The translations under genes and the position numbers were made by a program. Below are positions 1 through 8,166 of a DNA stretch of 19,637 nt, in pieces; position 1 is the first letter of the stretch; every line of letters begins with the position of its first letter. The notes beneath the pieces were generated by a model that saw nothing but the letters and a program-made list of their open reading frames with translations, was not told the origin of the DNA and searched no databases. The stretch is from contig JAVHOV010000013.1 of NCBI GenBank assembly GCA_036170245.1, positions 1-19,637 on the forward strand, read 5' to 3'. The DNA comes from an archaeon (lineage in GTDB: Archaea; Iainarchaeota; Iainarchaeia; Iainarchaeales; JAAZKV01).

Positions 1-389
1 TCGCCTTCAAATTTCTCTGGAGCCTGAATAAAACAATGAGGCGCTCCAAAAACTTCTGCGTGAAAATAAATATCATCCTTCTTCATCTTGTTTTTTACAA
101 TCTGTTCATTCCCAATAGCATCTCTTCCGCCAACTACTAGTAAATTGTCGCTAGTAAAAAACCATCTGAATGGATAGAACCATTTTTTTGAAACTTTATC
201 CTTTGCTTTCTTCTGTTCTGCAATAAGTTCTTTTTTAGCATTAATTTCTTCTCTTTGAGAAACTTTGCCTAAAGCAATCTGAAGAGCTTTATTTAATCCT
301 TCAATTTTCCTTTTAGCTTCTTTTGATTTTTCAAAGTAAGAGGAGGCATTCTCATCAATGGATTTAGACAAATCAATTTCAATATCCAT
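1..389 (-). CDS. NFACT-R (DUF814) domain protein, Rqc2/NEMF-like; runs off the window start (3' partial)
   Basis: Not in the ORF track. Manual translation from ATG at 389 (GGTG RBS upstream) gives MDIEIDLSKSIDENASSYFEKSKEAKRKIEGLNKAL...KKWFYPFRWFFTSDNLLVVGGRDAIGNEQIVKNKMKKDDIYFHAEVFGAPHCFI. The WF..FRWF.TS..LV.GGRDA..NE and D.YFHA...GAP motifs are typical of NFACT-R. Confidence 0.88.
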   Translation of the reverse strand, partial: MDIEIDLSKSIDENASSYFEKSKEAKRKIEGLNKALQIALGKVSQREEINAKKELIAEQKKAKDKVSKKWFYPFRWFFTSDNLLVVGGRDAIGNEQIVKNKMKKDDIYFHAEVFGAPHCFIQAPEKFEG

Positions 390-439
390 AATAATGCACC
401 AAATTTAATCCAAAAATAAAAAAATAAAAGCTCCTGACA

Positions 440-979
440 TTAGTCAAGAGCAGCTTTCTTTCTTAAGATTTCAATTATTGAGTCAGTTCTTGAACCCCTC
501 TTGAAAGTTGGTTCAGTCATGTAAAATACCTGTCTATCCTTCACTACATCATAATAGTTTGGAATCTTTTTTACATAATTTTCCTGTAAATTCTTGTGAT
601 AAGATTCAACATCCTCATAAAACTGGAAACTTGCAACATTAAAGTTTCCAGAACCCATTACTGAGTTAAGTGCAAATACGTGAGGGTCTTTCTTTGCAAC
701 GTCCAAATACTTTTCAACTAAATCTTTCTTTGAAAAATCAAGCTGCAAGAACTCAATGCACTCAAGCTTATAGCCTAATTTCCAAAAAGCAATTTTTGGG
801 CCAAATCCAGTCAAAATTCCTTCTTTTTGTAAAAAATCTAAAGAACTCTTAATTGTCGCTAAGTGATAGTCAGTTTTGGCTTTAATTCTTCTAACATTAG
901 ACTGAGTACACCCCTTCTCAAGCAGAGCTTTAAGAATGTTAAGCCTAATTTCATCGTCTACTTTCATTTTCTGAGCCAA
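440..979 (-). CDS. Lrp/AsnC-family transcriptional regulator (divergent)
   Basis: N-terminal wHTH-like segment (DEIRLNILKALLEKG...TIKSSLDFLQKEGIL..F.PKI.F.KLGY) followed by a RAM-like domain. Start moved from 1003 to TTG at 979 because AGGTGGT (RBS) lies just upstream; ATG at 967 is an alternative. Confidence 0.75.
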   Translation of the reverse strand: MAQKMKVDDEIRLNILKALLEKGCTQSNVRRIKAKTDYHLATIKSSLDFLQKEGILTGFGPKIAFWKLGYKLECIEFLQLDFSKKDLVEKYLDVAKKDPHVFALNSVMGSGNFNVASFQFYEDVESYHKNLQENYVKKIPNYYDVVKDRQVFYMTEPTFKRGSRTDSIIEILRKKAALD

Positions 980-1042
980 GTTACCACCTTTCGACAATTG
1001 CAATAAAACAGCATCTGTCTATCAGGATGAAACACCAAGGGC

Positions 1043-1050
1043 TATATAAA
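1043..1050 (-). promoter_or_regulatory. TATA box (TTTATATA) for the Lrp gene at 440-979
   Basis: Perfect archaeal TATA consensus on the minus strand, preceded by an A-rich BRE-like tract, about 65 nt upstream of the start codon. Confidence 0.55.
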
Positions 1051-1159
1051 TGTATTTTTTATTACATTAAACTCTCATTAATACTTAATAAGGCACGAGT
1101 ATGATAATGGTATAGTTAGGAGGGATGTGATAGAGAGTTGTGAAAAAAAAGTTTTTGGA

Positions 1160-1237
1160 TTAGAGTTGCAGGTTAGGCTCACCAGGCTTTAAATTGGAGA
1201 TGAAATACTGATTCTTATTCCAATCCTGCAATTCTAA
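1160..1237. repeat. 78-bp element bounded by 13-bp imperfect inverted repeats, with internal hairpins
   Basis: TTAGAGTTGCAGG (1160-1172) and CCTGCAATTCTAA (1225-1237) are complementary at 12/13 positions, and the mismatch is G-U on the + strand. Internal ATTGGA/TCCAAT stem. Confidence 0.55.
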
Positions 1238-1257
1238 AAAAATTAAAAGAAAAAAAT

Positions 1258-2076
1258 CTATTTTTTAGAATTTAATATTTTATCATAAGCCAGCTGGTTT
1301 ACTACACAATGAACTGAATAAACTAACCCAGTTAATATTACTAAAATCCAAAATATAATCATATAAAAGGCTGAATCAGCAAAATAAGCTAAAACAAATT
1401 TTATTACTGAAACACAAAAAGGAATCAAAGACAAAATAAATACCAACTTTTTGTTCTTTAAAGAAACAAAAAATGAATCAGCAAAAGCACTACTTAATTT
1501 TGAATTTTCAAAAACTATTTTAGGATAAAGAAAATAAAAAATAAAAATAAAAATGAAAGTTACAATAAAAGACAAAATAAATCCTGTACTTGAAAGATTG
1601 AAATACAAAATAATTGCTGCTTCAATTATTGAAACAATTGTAATTATTACCCAAAGAATTATTCCTGAAATAAAAATTGGAACAATTTTTGGCTTGAATA
1701 AATGAAATCCTTCTTTGAAAGAAAGTTTCTTTTTTTCTGCCAAAGAAACAAGAACTGGATAAAACCCAGAGAAAAATAAATCAACAAAATATGCTAGTAT
1801 TGTTAAACCAAACAATAAAGCTAATGCAGAAAAGAAATAACCAAAATCAAAACTTAATATCTGCTCTGAGGTAAATGACTGAAAAGAAAATAACTGCTTT
1901 GACAAACCAATTGCTAAAAGAGTCCCAAAACCATACAAAATAGCAATAATTAATTTAGGGACAAATAAAATAGGGTTTTTCAAAAGTAACTCTACTGAAT
2001 CAGATATTATAGGAATTACTGTTTTCTTTGATGAATGCCTAGTTGAATTATTTGATTTAGTTGCCAAGATAATCAC
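1258..2076 (-). CDS. Polytopic membrane protein (about 6 TM) of unknown function
   Basis: 272 aa with several long hydrophobic segments and a YPKIVFENSKLSSAFADSF motif. The GTG start overlaps the topA TGA stop (GTGA), suggesting translational coupling. Confidence 0.75.
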   Translation of the reverse strand: MIILATKSNNSTRHSSKKTVIPIISDSVELLLKNPILFVPKLIIAILYGFGTLLAIGLSKQLFSFQSFTSEQILSFDFGYFFSALALLFGLTILAYFVDLFFSGFYPVLVSLAEKKKLSFKEGFHLFKPKIVPIFISGIILWVIITIVSIIEAAIILYFNLSSTGFILSFIVTFIFIFIFYFLYPKIVFENSKLSSAFADSFFVSLKNKKLVFILSLIPFCVSVIKFVLAYFADSAFYMIIFWILVILTGLVYSVHCVVNQLAYDKILNSKK

Positions 2077-4196
2077 TTTGTTTCATTTACTTTGCTCTTA
2101 ACTATTTTTGAACTTACTCTTTTTGCTTTTGGCTTACTTAACCTTTCTGTTTTAACATCTTCTTTCTTTTCCTCTTTTTTACCCCAATCTTTCTTTGAAA
2201 TACAAGTCATATTCAGGCACATTTTGTAAGAGAAGTTCTTTGACTTTACAAAAATCATAGGCGCAGAACAATCTGGACAATTTGTATTCAAAGGAGTAAT
2301 TGACCCATGCTGGGGAAGAGGGAAAGTTGTTGTACAATTGGGATAGGAAGAGCATCCCACAAATCTTTTGCCTGTTTTTCCTTTTCTTTGAATCAAATTT
2401 GATTTACAATTAGGGCATATCCCTATTGTATCGCTAGATTTTAATGCACTTCTTAACCCAAGACCAACAGTATCTTTATTTTTGAATAATAATTCCATTA
2501 CCTGCTTTAAATCAGAACAGGATTTTGTTACAACTTCAATCTGCTTCTTCTGCCCCGCAGCAATTTCATCCATCTCATGTTCAATACCTGCAGTCATTTG
2601 GGGTTTTGTTACTATATCACAATTCTTTTCTAATGAATCAATTACTGCAAACGCAACTTTGCTTGGTTCTACACTTTTATTTCCAATAATATATTTACGA
2701 GCGTATAATTTTTGAATTATTGAAGGACGAGTTGATTTTGTGCCTAAATTATTTTCTTCCATCAATTTAATTAAAGAACCCTGGCTGAATCTATTTGGAG
2801 GCTGAGTTTCCTTTGAATTTATATCAATTGAATTAATTTTTACAATATTTCCTTCCTCGAGCACCGGCAAAATATTTTCATTCAATTCACTATAAGGATA
2901 AACTGCTTTCCACCCAGCATATAAAATTACTTGCCCTCTTGCAATAAATGGTTCTTCACATGCATGAAGAAGAACACTTGTATTTTCTGTTTTTGCATCC
3001 TCGCTTAATGTTGCTAAAAATCTTCTGCAAATCAATTCGTAAATATCCCACTCTTCTTTACCTAAGCCCTCTTTTTGAACTACGCCAACTGGATAAATCG
3101 GAGGATGATCCTTTGATTCTTTTCCTGCCGAAGGAACTATTTCTTTTTGAGAAAGAACTTTTAGAACATCACTACTAATTGCACGCACAGAAACTAATTT
3201 ATTTAAAATTTCTTTTAAGTTTACACTAGGAGGATAAACACTATTATCGGTTCTTGGGTAGGAAGTAAATCCTTTTTGATACAAACTTTCTGCTAAATCC
3301 ATTGCTTTGCCTGCAGAGAAACCAATTGCTGTTGCTGCACGCAAAAATTCGGTTGTATTAAACGGAACTGGCTTTTTTATTATTTTTACTTTTTTCTCAA
3401 CTTTTTTTACTATTGCTTCTTTTGGCTGTTTATTAAAAATTTCAAGGGCACGAGCTTTATCCCAAAACTTTTCTTCAGCATGCATTGCATCAAATGCAAC
3501 TTTATCTTTTTCACAGTGAAGAACAATTTCCCAAAAAGGTTTTTTTATAAAAGCCAATCGCTCTTTTTCCCTGTCAACTATTAGAGCAAGCGTTGGAGTC
3601 TGAACTCTTCCCACACTCAAAAAATCTTTTCCAACTTGGCCTGAAACAATTGAAATGAACCTTGTTAATACTGCCCCCCAAATAAGATCGATTTCTCTTC
3701 TTGCATTTGCAGAGTAAGCAAAATTATAATCAAATTTTTCCAAATTATCAAAGGATTTATTGATATCAGTTTTTGTAATCGCTGAAAAATAGGCTCTCTT
3801 AATATCAATAATTCTATTTGTACTTAACGCATAAGTAATTGCTTCAAGACCAATTGCCTCTCCTTCCCTATCAGCATCTGTTGCAATTATTATCGAATCA
3901 GCTTCATGTGCAACATCCCTTAGGGCATTAATAATATTAAATTCTTTTTCAGAGTAAATTATTTCTGCAGGGTTAATTAATTCCCGTACATCAACCCCTC
4001 TCCAATTTGCAAACTTTTTTGGAAACTCAACATCACTAATGTGACCTCTCAGTGGAACCAGTTTTACTTCAACTCCTTTCCAATTGAACTCAAATACTTT
4101 TGCGCCTGCTACACTAGTTTGCTTTACTGTACCATCCGCTAAGAGCTGAGCAATATTTTCCCCCGCAATGGCTTTCTCTGAAATAATTAGCTGCAT
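2073..4196 (-). CDS. topA: DNA topoisomerase type IA (archaeal TopA/Topo III-like)
   Basis: TOPRIM motifs IISEK and ATDADREGE; LSVGRVQTPTL; active-site SYPRTD; LGTKSTR; C-terminal zinc ribbons (CPNC..CSSYPNC, CPDC..CLNMTC) and a Lys-rich tail. Confidence 0.96.
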   Translation of the reverse strand: MQLIISEKAIAGENIAQLLADGTVKQTSVAGAKVFEFNWKGVEVKLVPLRGHISDVEFPKKFANWRGVDVRELINPAEIIYSEKEFNIINALRDVAHEADSIIIATDADREGEAIGLEAITYALSTNRIIDIKRAYFSAITKTDINKSFDNLEKFDYNFAYSANARREIDLIWGAVLTRFISIVSGQVGKDFLSVGRVQTPTLALIVDREKERLAFIKKPFWEIVLHCEKDKVAFDAMHAEEKFWDKARALEIFNKQPKEAIVKKVEKKVKIIKKPVPFNTTEFLRAATAIGFSAGKAMDLAESLYQKGFTSYPRTDNSVYPPSVNLKEILNKLVSVRAISSDVLKVLSQKEIVPSAGKESKDHPPIYPVGVVQKEGLGKEEWDIYELICRRFLATLSEDAKTENTSVLLHACEEPFIARGQVILYAGWKAVYPYSELNENILPVLEEGNIVKINSIDINSKETQPPNRFSQGSLIKLMEENNLGTKSTRPSIIQKLYARKYIIGNKSVEPSKVAFAVIDSLEKNCDIVTKPQMTAGIEHEMDEIAAGQKKQIEVVTKSCSDLKQVMELLFKNKDTVGLGLRSALKSSDTIGICPNCKSNLIQRKGKTGKRFVGCSSYPNCTTTFPLPQHGSITPLNTNCPDCSAPMIFVKSKNFSYKMCLNMTCISKKDWGKKEEKKEDVKTERLSKPKAKRVSSKIVKSKVNETK

Positions 4197-4220
4197 TCAA
4201 GAGAAAGGGAGAGAAAAAAG

Positions 4221-4227
4221 TTATAAA
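4221..4227 (-). promoter_or_regulatory. TATA box (TTTATAA) of topA, probably a leaderless transcript
   Basis: Lies 24 nt upstream of the ATG at 4196; no RBS present. Confidence 0.5.
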
Positions 4228-4277
4228 GGGAAATGAAACAAACGGCAAAAGACGAAGTTAAGTGAATCAAAACAAAA

Positions 4278-4748
4278 TTAAATTTTGTTTTGAAGAGTAG
4301 AAGAAGGAAGAGTCTTTGATTTCTTTGGCTCTGAAAGAACAACCATTGTCTTAATATCAATTATCCCATCAGTGAGTCCAAGTTGATTAATGAATTTTTC
4401 TGCACTCTCAAGGTTTGGAACAACTAATTTTGAAATCAAATTGTATTCGCCAAGAACCTGGTATAATTCCAAAACAAAATCAAATGATTGAAGCTTCTTT
4501 ACTATATCCCTTGTCTTTGAAGCTTCGCAGCGCATTTGAACAAAAATAGGGTTTTCATATCCAAGCGCTTTATAGTTCAAATCAATTGAAACACCGCTTA
4601 TTACCCCTCTTTTTTTGAGAGATTCAAACCTTTTCTTTATTGCAACGTCCGTTAAGTTAACTTCTCTTGCTATTGCAGAGAAAGAGGCTCTGCCATCAGC
4701 TAAAAGCGCTTGTAAAATCAAATGATCAATCTTATCTAAAGAAACCAA
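4278..4748 (-). CDS. Lrp/AsnC-family transcriptional regulator
   Basis: Classical AsnC HTH (LDKIDHLILQALLADGRASFSAIAREVNLTDVAIKKRFESLKKRGVI), the linker LNYKALGY and a RAM domain (LYQVLGEYNL); 156 aa, TTG start. Confidence 0.93.
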   Translation of the reverse strand: MVSLDKIDHLILQALLADGRASFSAIAREVNLTDVAIKKRFESLKKRGVISGVSIDLNYKALGYENPIFVQMRCEASKTRDIVKKLQSFDFVLELYQVLGEYNLISKLVVPNLESAEKFINQLGLTDGIIDIKTMVVLSEPKKSKTLPSSTLQNKI

Positions 4749-4762
4749 CCCTAACCAACCCT
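4743..4762. repeat. 10-bp tandem duplication (AACCAACCCT)x2 over the Lrp start/RBS
   Basis: Directly visible at 4743-4752 and 4753-4762. Confidence 0.7.
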
Positions 4763-4914
4763 AAAATGTTTGAAAACCAAAGACCCCTCTTTGGAACCCT
4801 GACAATAATACTCAATACAGTTAGGTTTTTTAAAGAAATGGGTGGCTTTTTGAAAATAAAAACCAAAAAAATCTTACAAAGCTTAATAAAAAAGTTCTGC
4901 AACAAAAAATAAGT

Positions 4915-6456
4915 ATGGAAATAATTGAAGAAAGAGTACAAGGCATTGCAAAGGAAATGGAAGAAGCGGGGGCAACTCAGTGGAACATCACACGAATTGT
5001 AAAAATACTCTCTGAAATGAATACCACTAGCGAAAAGAAATTACGAGAAAAAACACTTGAAATGCTAAAAGAACTTGATCCTGAAGCTGCCGGGACCTAT
5101 GAAAGATTCAGCAGAATGAAAGTATACTTGACAAACGAAAAAATATTCCAATTCAATAGAGGAAACATAATTACTTCACTTTTAAAAGAAACTAATATTT
5201 CAAGAACTGCTGCAGAAAAAATCACTATCGAAGTTGAAAACCAAATTAAAGATACAAAAATCGAATTCCTTACTCCAAGCTTAATTAGAGAACTAGTTAA
5301 TTCAAAATTAATTTCATACGGGTTTGAAGAAGTAAGAAACAATTATGCAAGAGTAGGCGAAGCGATTTATGACATAAAAAAGAAACTTGAAAAAGAACCT
5401 CTGTTTGGAGAAGGGGCTAGAGAATATAATTTATTAACACAAATTGAAAAACCTTTGCGAGAACTTCACTATGACGGAACAATATGCATTCAAGATACTG
5501 AAGGATTTTCACAAAGAGCACATGCGATATCAATAGTTGCTGAAAAAAAAGAAACATATGAAAAAACAATTTATTCTGTATTCAAGAAAGCAAACAATCT
5601 TGACAAATACTTTTACACTCCTGTAAGTATATACGGACTAACACATGCATGCTCAAGCGAAGTAAAGAACGACAAAAATGCAAAAACAATTGCAAACACT
5701 ATTAATGATGTATCTGAAATTCTTGAAAAAAAGCACTTGCTTTCACTTGAACTTTACACTCCGAAAGAATTTGAGAAATCACAAAGCAATAAAATCAACG
5801 CAGCAAAAATTGCAAATGAGCTGCTCAACGAAAATGCTGTTGTTGGAGTAGATTCAAAATATTCACTTAAATTAATAGAAACCAAAGGAAAACACTTTTT
5901 TATACTGAACAATGAGGAAGAACAATACTATCCATTTGATACAAAATTATTTTCTTCAACTCCATTAATACTAATGCAAGTAGGGTTGAACCTTGAAAAA
6001 ATTGCGCAAGGAAATGATGAAGACAAATTCTTTGCAAACCTTAAGGAAGTAAGCGAACAGATAAACAAACTAAAGGAATTAAAGAAAACTATTCTTGAAA
6101 AAAGAGAGTACATGAAACAATTTGATTTTACGAATGCTAAAACATGCATTGGAATAACTAATCTTTACACATTAAGCGAAAACTTCAACAAAAAACCAAT
6201 TGAATTTGCCCCAAAAGTGTACAAAGAACTATCTAAATTATTTGACAACGATTTAATCTGCGGATGCACAGAAAAAGCGACGCAGAAATTCTCTGATACT
6301 CTTGGAAAAGAAGTTTATCCGCAAGATACATTCATTTTTGATGAATGCCTAAAAGAAAAGAAATGTTGCTTTACAGGAAAAGCTGCTAACTTAAATGAAC
6401 TAAATGAACTCTTAACTAAAAAAGTAAAACAAGTAGAGTATATGGGATTTGAGTAA
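4915..6456 (+). CDS. ATP-cone protein, degenerate class III (NrdD-like) ribonucleotide reductase homologue, probably catalytically inactive
   Basis: ATP cone (MKVYLTNEKIFQFNRGNIITSLLKETNISRTAAEKITIEVE..IEFLTPSLIRELVNSKL) followed by NrdD-like YARVG..IYDI, REYNLL, LHYDGTICIQD (compare HxxGxIHIHD) and VGLNLEKIA (compare TINLPRIA). Only 513 aa, with no C-terminal CxxC/CxxC or RxxGY glycyl-radical motif. Confidence 0.75.
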   Translation: MEIIEERVQGIAKEMEEAGATQWNITRIVKILSEMNTTSEKKLREKTLEMLKELDPEAAGTYERFSRMKVYLTNEKIFQFNRGNIITSLLKETNISRTAAEKITIEVENQIKDTKIEFLTPSLIRELVNSKLISYGFEEVRNNYARVGEAIYDIKKKLEKEPLFGEGAREYNLLTQIEKPLRELHYDGTICIQDTEGFSQRAHAISIVAEKKETYEKTIYSVFKKANNLDKYFYTPVSIYGLTHACSSEVKNDKNAKTIANTINDVSEILEKKHLLSLELYTPKEFEKSQSNKINAAKIANELLNENAVVGVDSKYSLKLIETKGKHFFILNNEEEQYYPFDTKLFSSTPLILMQVGLNLEKIAQGNDEDKFFANLKEVSEQINKLKELKKTILEKREYMKQFDFTNAKTCIGITNLYTLSENFNKKPIEFAPKVYKELSKLFDNDLICGCTEKATQKFSDTLGKEVYPQDTFIFDECLKEKKCCFTGKAANLNELNELLTKKVKQVEYMGFE

Positions 6457-6519
6457 ATTGAAAAAATAGTTGAACTAATTAATTAAAATAAAAAAATAGA
6501 AAAAAAAGATTCAAAAGAA

Positions 6520-7329
6520 TTAAATCTTTGAACCTTTCTTTGGCTGTTCTCTTAATCTTACTCCATACAACGGCTTTGCTCTCTCAATTTTTGGAGCACT
6601 AGCATGAACAACTTCATTACTCTTAAGTAATGCATTATTCATTAGGTATGCATAAGATTTAGTTTGTTCAAAGAAGGGAACTAAAACTACTAAAACTAAG
6701 AAGAAAGAAACTGCTACTCCGGGCAAGTTGAATAATTGTAGAACTAATTCAATTGCAGTGATCAAAAACAAAGCAACTGTTGCTAAAAGGAAAATTGTTA
6801 ATGAAACTAAAAAGTTGTTGCTCCAAAATTCTATACTTTTAGAAACTGCTTCAAAAACACTTGTTGTATCAAGAACAATACTTTGAGGAACAAACAAAAC
6901 AATCAAACTAATTATTAGATTCAATAACAGAGCATAAAATGCAAACCCGTACAAGAATCCAACTGAACTAATAGCATAAAATAAAATTGCAAGAATTAAA
7001 TAAAAGAAGAAAATCTTTATTGCTGCATCCTTAAACAAATCATTCCAATAAGAATCAAAACTCATGTACTGCACATCTCTGTGAGCCGCATAAACAGTCA
7101 ATGAAACAAAAAATGAAAAGAAATAAAGGAAAACTAATGAAACTAGTAAACCTAATATCCCCCCAAGTAAATTTGCATTAAGTGAAAAGAAAACAGAGCC
7201 TGAACCAAAAAAGAACTGGTCAAACAAAGCAAAAATTGCTAAAAATAGGAACAATACTCCAAAACTAAGCATTACCTTAAAATTAGAAAAATATTCTTCA
7301 TAAGCTCTTTTTAGAACTACTCCTATCAT
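6520..7329 (-). CDS. Polytopic membrane protein (about 6 TM), similar in layout to 1258-2076
   Basis: 269 aa, hydrophobic, with an FVPQSIVLDTTSVFEAVSKS motif and a basic soluble C-tail; AGGTG RBS upstream of the ATG. Confidence 0.78.
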   Translation of the reverse strand: MIGVVLKRAYEEYFSNFKVMLSFGVLFLFLAIFALFDQFFFGSGSVFFSLNANLLGGILGLLVSLVFLYFFSFFVSLTVYAAHRDVQYMSFDSYWNDLFKDAAIKIFFFYLILAILFYAISSVGFLYGFAFYALLLNLIISLIVLFVPQSIVLDTTSVFEAVSKSIEFWSNNFLVSLTIFLLATVALFLITAIELVLQLFNLPGVAVSFFLVLVVLVPFFEQTKSYAYLMNNALLKSNEVVHASAPKIERAKPLYGVRLREQPKKGSKI

Positions 7330-7425
7330 ACCCTTTTCACCTTTTAATTAAAACTAATAATATACCTAACTTCAAAAAGCTTAAAAATGCTCCAAAACGC
7401 TTAATCAAACCAAATAAAATCAAAA

Positions 7426-8094
7426 TTAATCTTTATTTTCTTTAATATTGTGGTAAAGTTCTTTTGCAAACAAAAATATCCAAGCACTTATCCCGCCAAG
7501 GATGAATAAGAAATACATGCTTTTCCTTATTTCACTCCAAAAACCAACTGGAATATACTGAGGCACAACAGTTATCTTTCCGCTTTGAGCCTGAGAAACA
7601 TATTCAGAGTTTAATTTCTGAACTGTAGTACTACAAGCTGAATCAGTTACTTCAGTCATACAAAAATAAGGAGAATAATTTGCCTGCCCACCATATCTTG
7701 AATTGTAAATAGTAGCGGATTCATTAACATAAAAGAAAAGATTAATGTAATAACCTGCAAACAAAGCAACTAAAATTAAAACCAAAAATAATATCCCACT
7801 AGCCTGCTTTGTTTCAAAATATGAATTCCACCAATTAATTAAAACAAAAAACAAAATGAATCCTGCTAAAGGAGCCAAAAAATACATCAATGAAGACCAT
7901 TGAGCATAAGGCATTACTAAATTCAAAATTGGAATATTACTCATCCAGTTGAATGCTCCGCTAGAAATACAAACTTTGCCATCCATTGGGCTGAGGCATC
8001 CCCCTCCAATGAACCATAATACTAAGAAAGAAAAAACGAACCAAGCAACTAAAACTAAAAGCAACTGCTTATTATGAAAAATATTGTCAGTCAA
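7426..8094 (-). CDS. Hypothetical membrane protein (about 4 TM) with Cys pairs in loops
   Basis: 222 aa; TTG start preceded by AGGTG RBS; four hydrophobic segments. Confidence 0.75.
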   Translation of the reverse strand: MTDNIFHNKQLLLVLVAWFVFSFLVLWFIGGGCLSPMDGKVCISSGAFNWMSNIPILNLVMPYAQWSSLMYFLAPLAGFILFFVLINWWNSYFETKQASGILFLVLILVALFAGYYINLFFYVNESATIYNSRYGGQANYSPYFCMTEVTDSACSTTVQKLNSEYVSQAQSGKITVVPQYIPVGFWSEIRKSMYFLFILGGISAWIFLFAKELYHNIKENKD

Positions 8095-8166
8095 AAAAAC
8101 ACCTAATTATTCAAATTAAATAATTAAGAACATGTTTTTAACCCTTTACCTCTCCTCTTATTTTTG

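Noticed and set aside
670..852. 60-aa + strand ORF
   Set aside because: Antisense shadow of the Lrp gene with no recognisable motif.
1127..1192. 21-aa sORF MIESCEKKVFGLELQVRLTRL after an AGGAGGG sequence
   Set aside because: RBS-to-GTG spacing is only 2-3 nt, the nearer ATG is followed immediately by TGA, and there is no recognisable homology. It cannot be supported from sequence alone.
2482..3519. Three short + strand ORFs (2482, 2948, 3307)
   Set aside because: Antisense shadows inside topA.
4747..4764. TTAGGG telomere-like hexamers on the minus strand
   Set aside because: Only two copies, arising from a 10-bp duplication in an archaeal gene leader; not telomeric.
4667..4941. ORFs 4667-4912 (+) and 4732-4941 (-)
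   Set aside because: They span a divergent promoter, overlap real genes at their ends and show the K/F-biased composition of AT-rich non-coding DNA.
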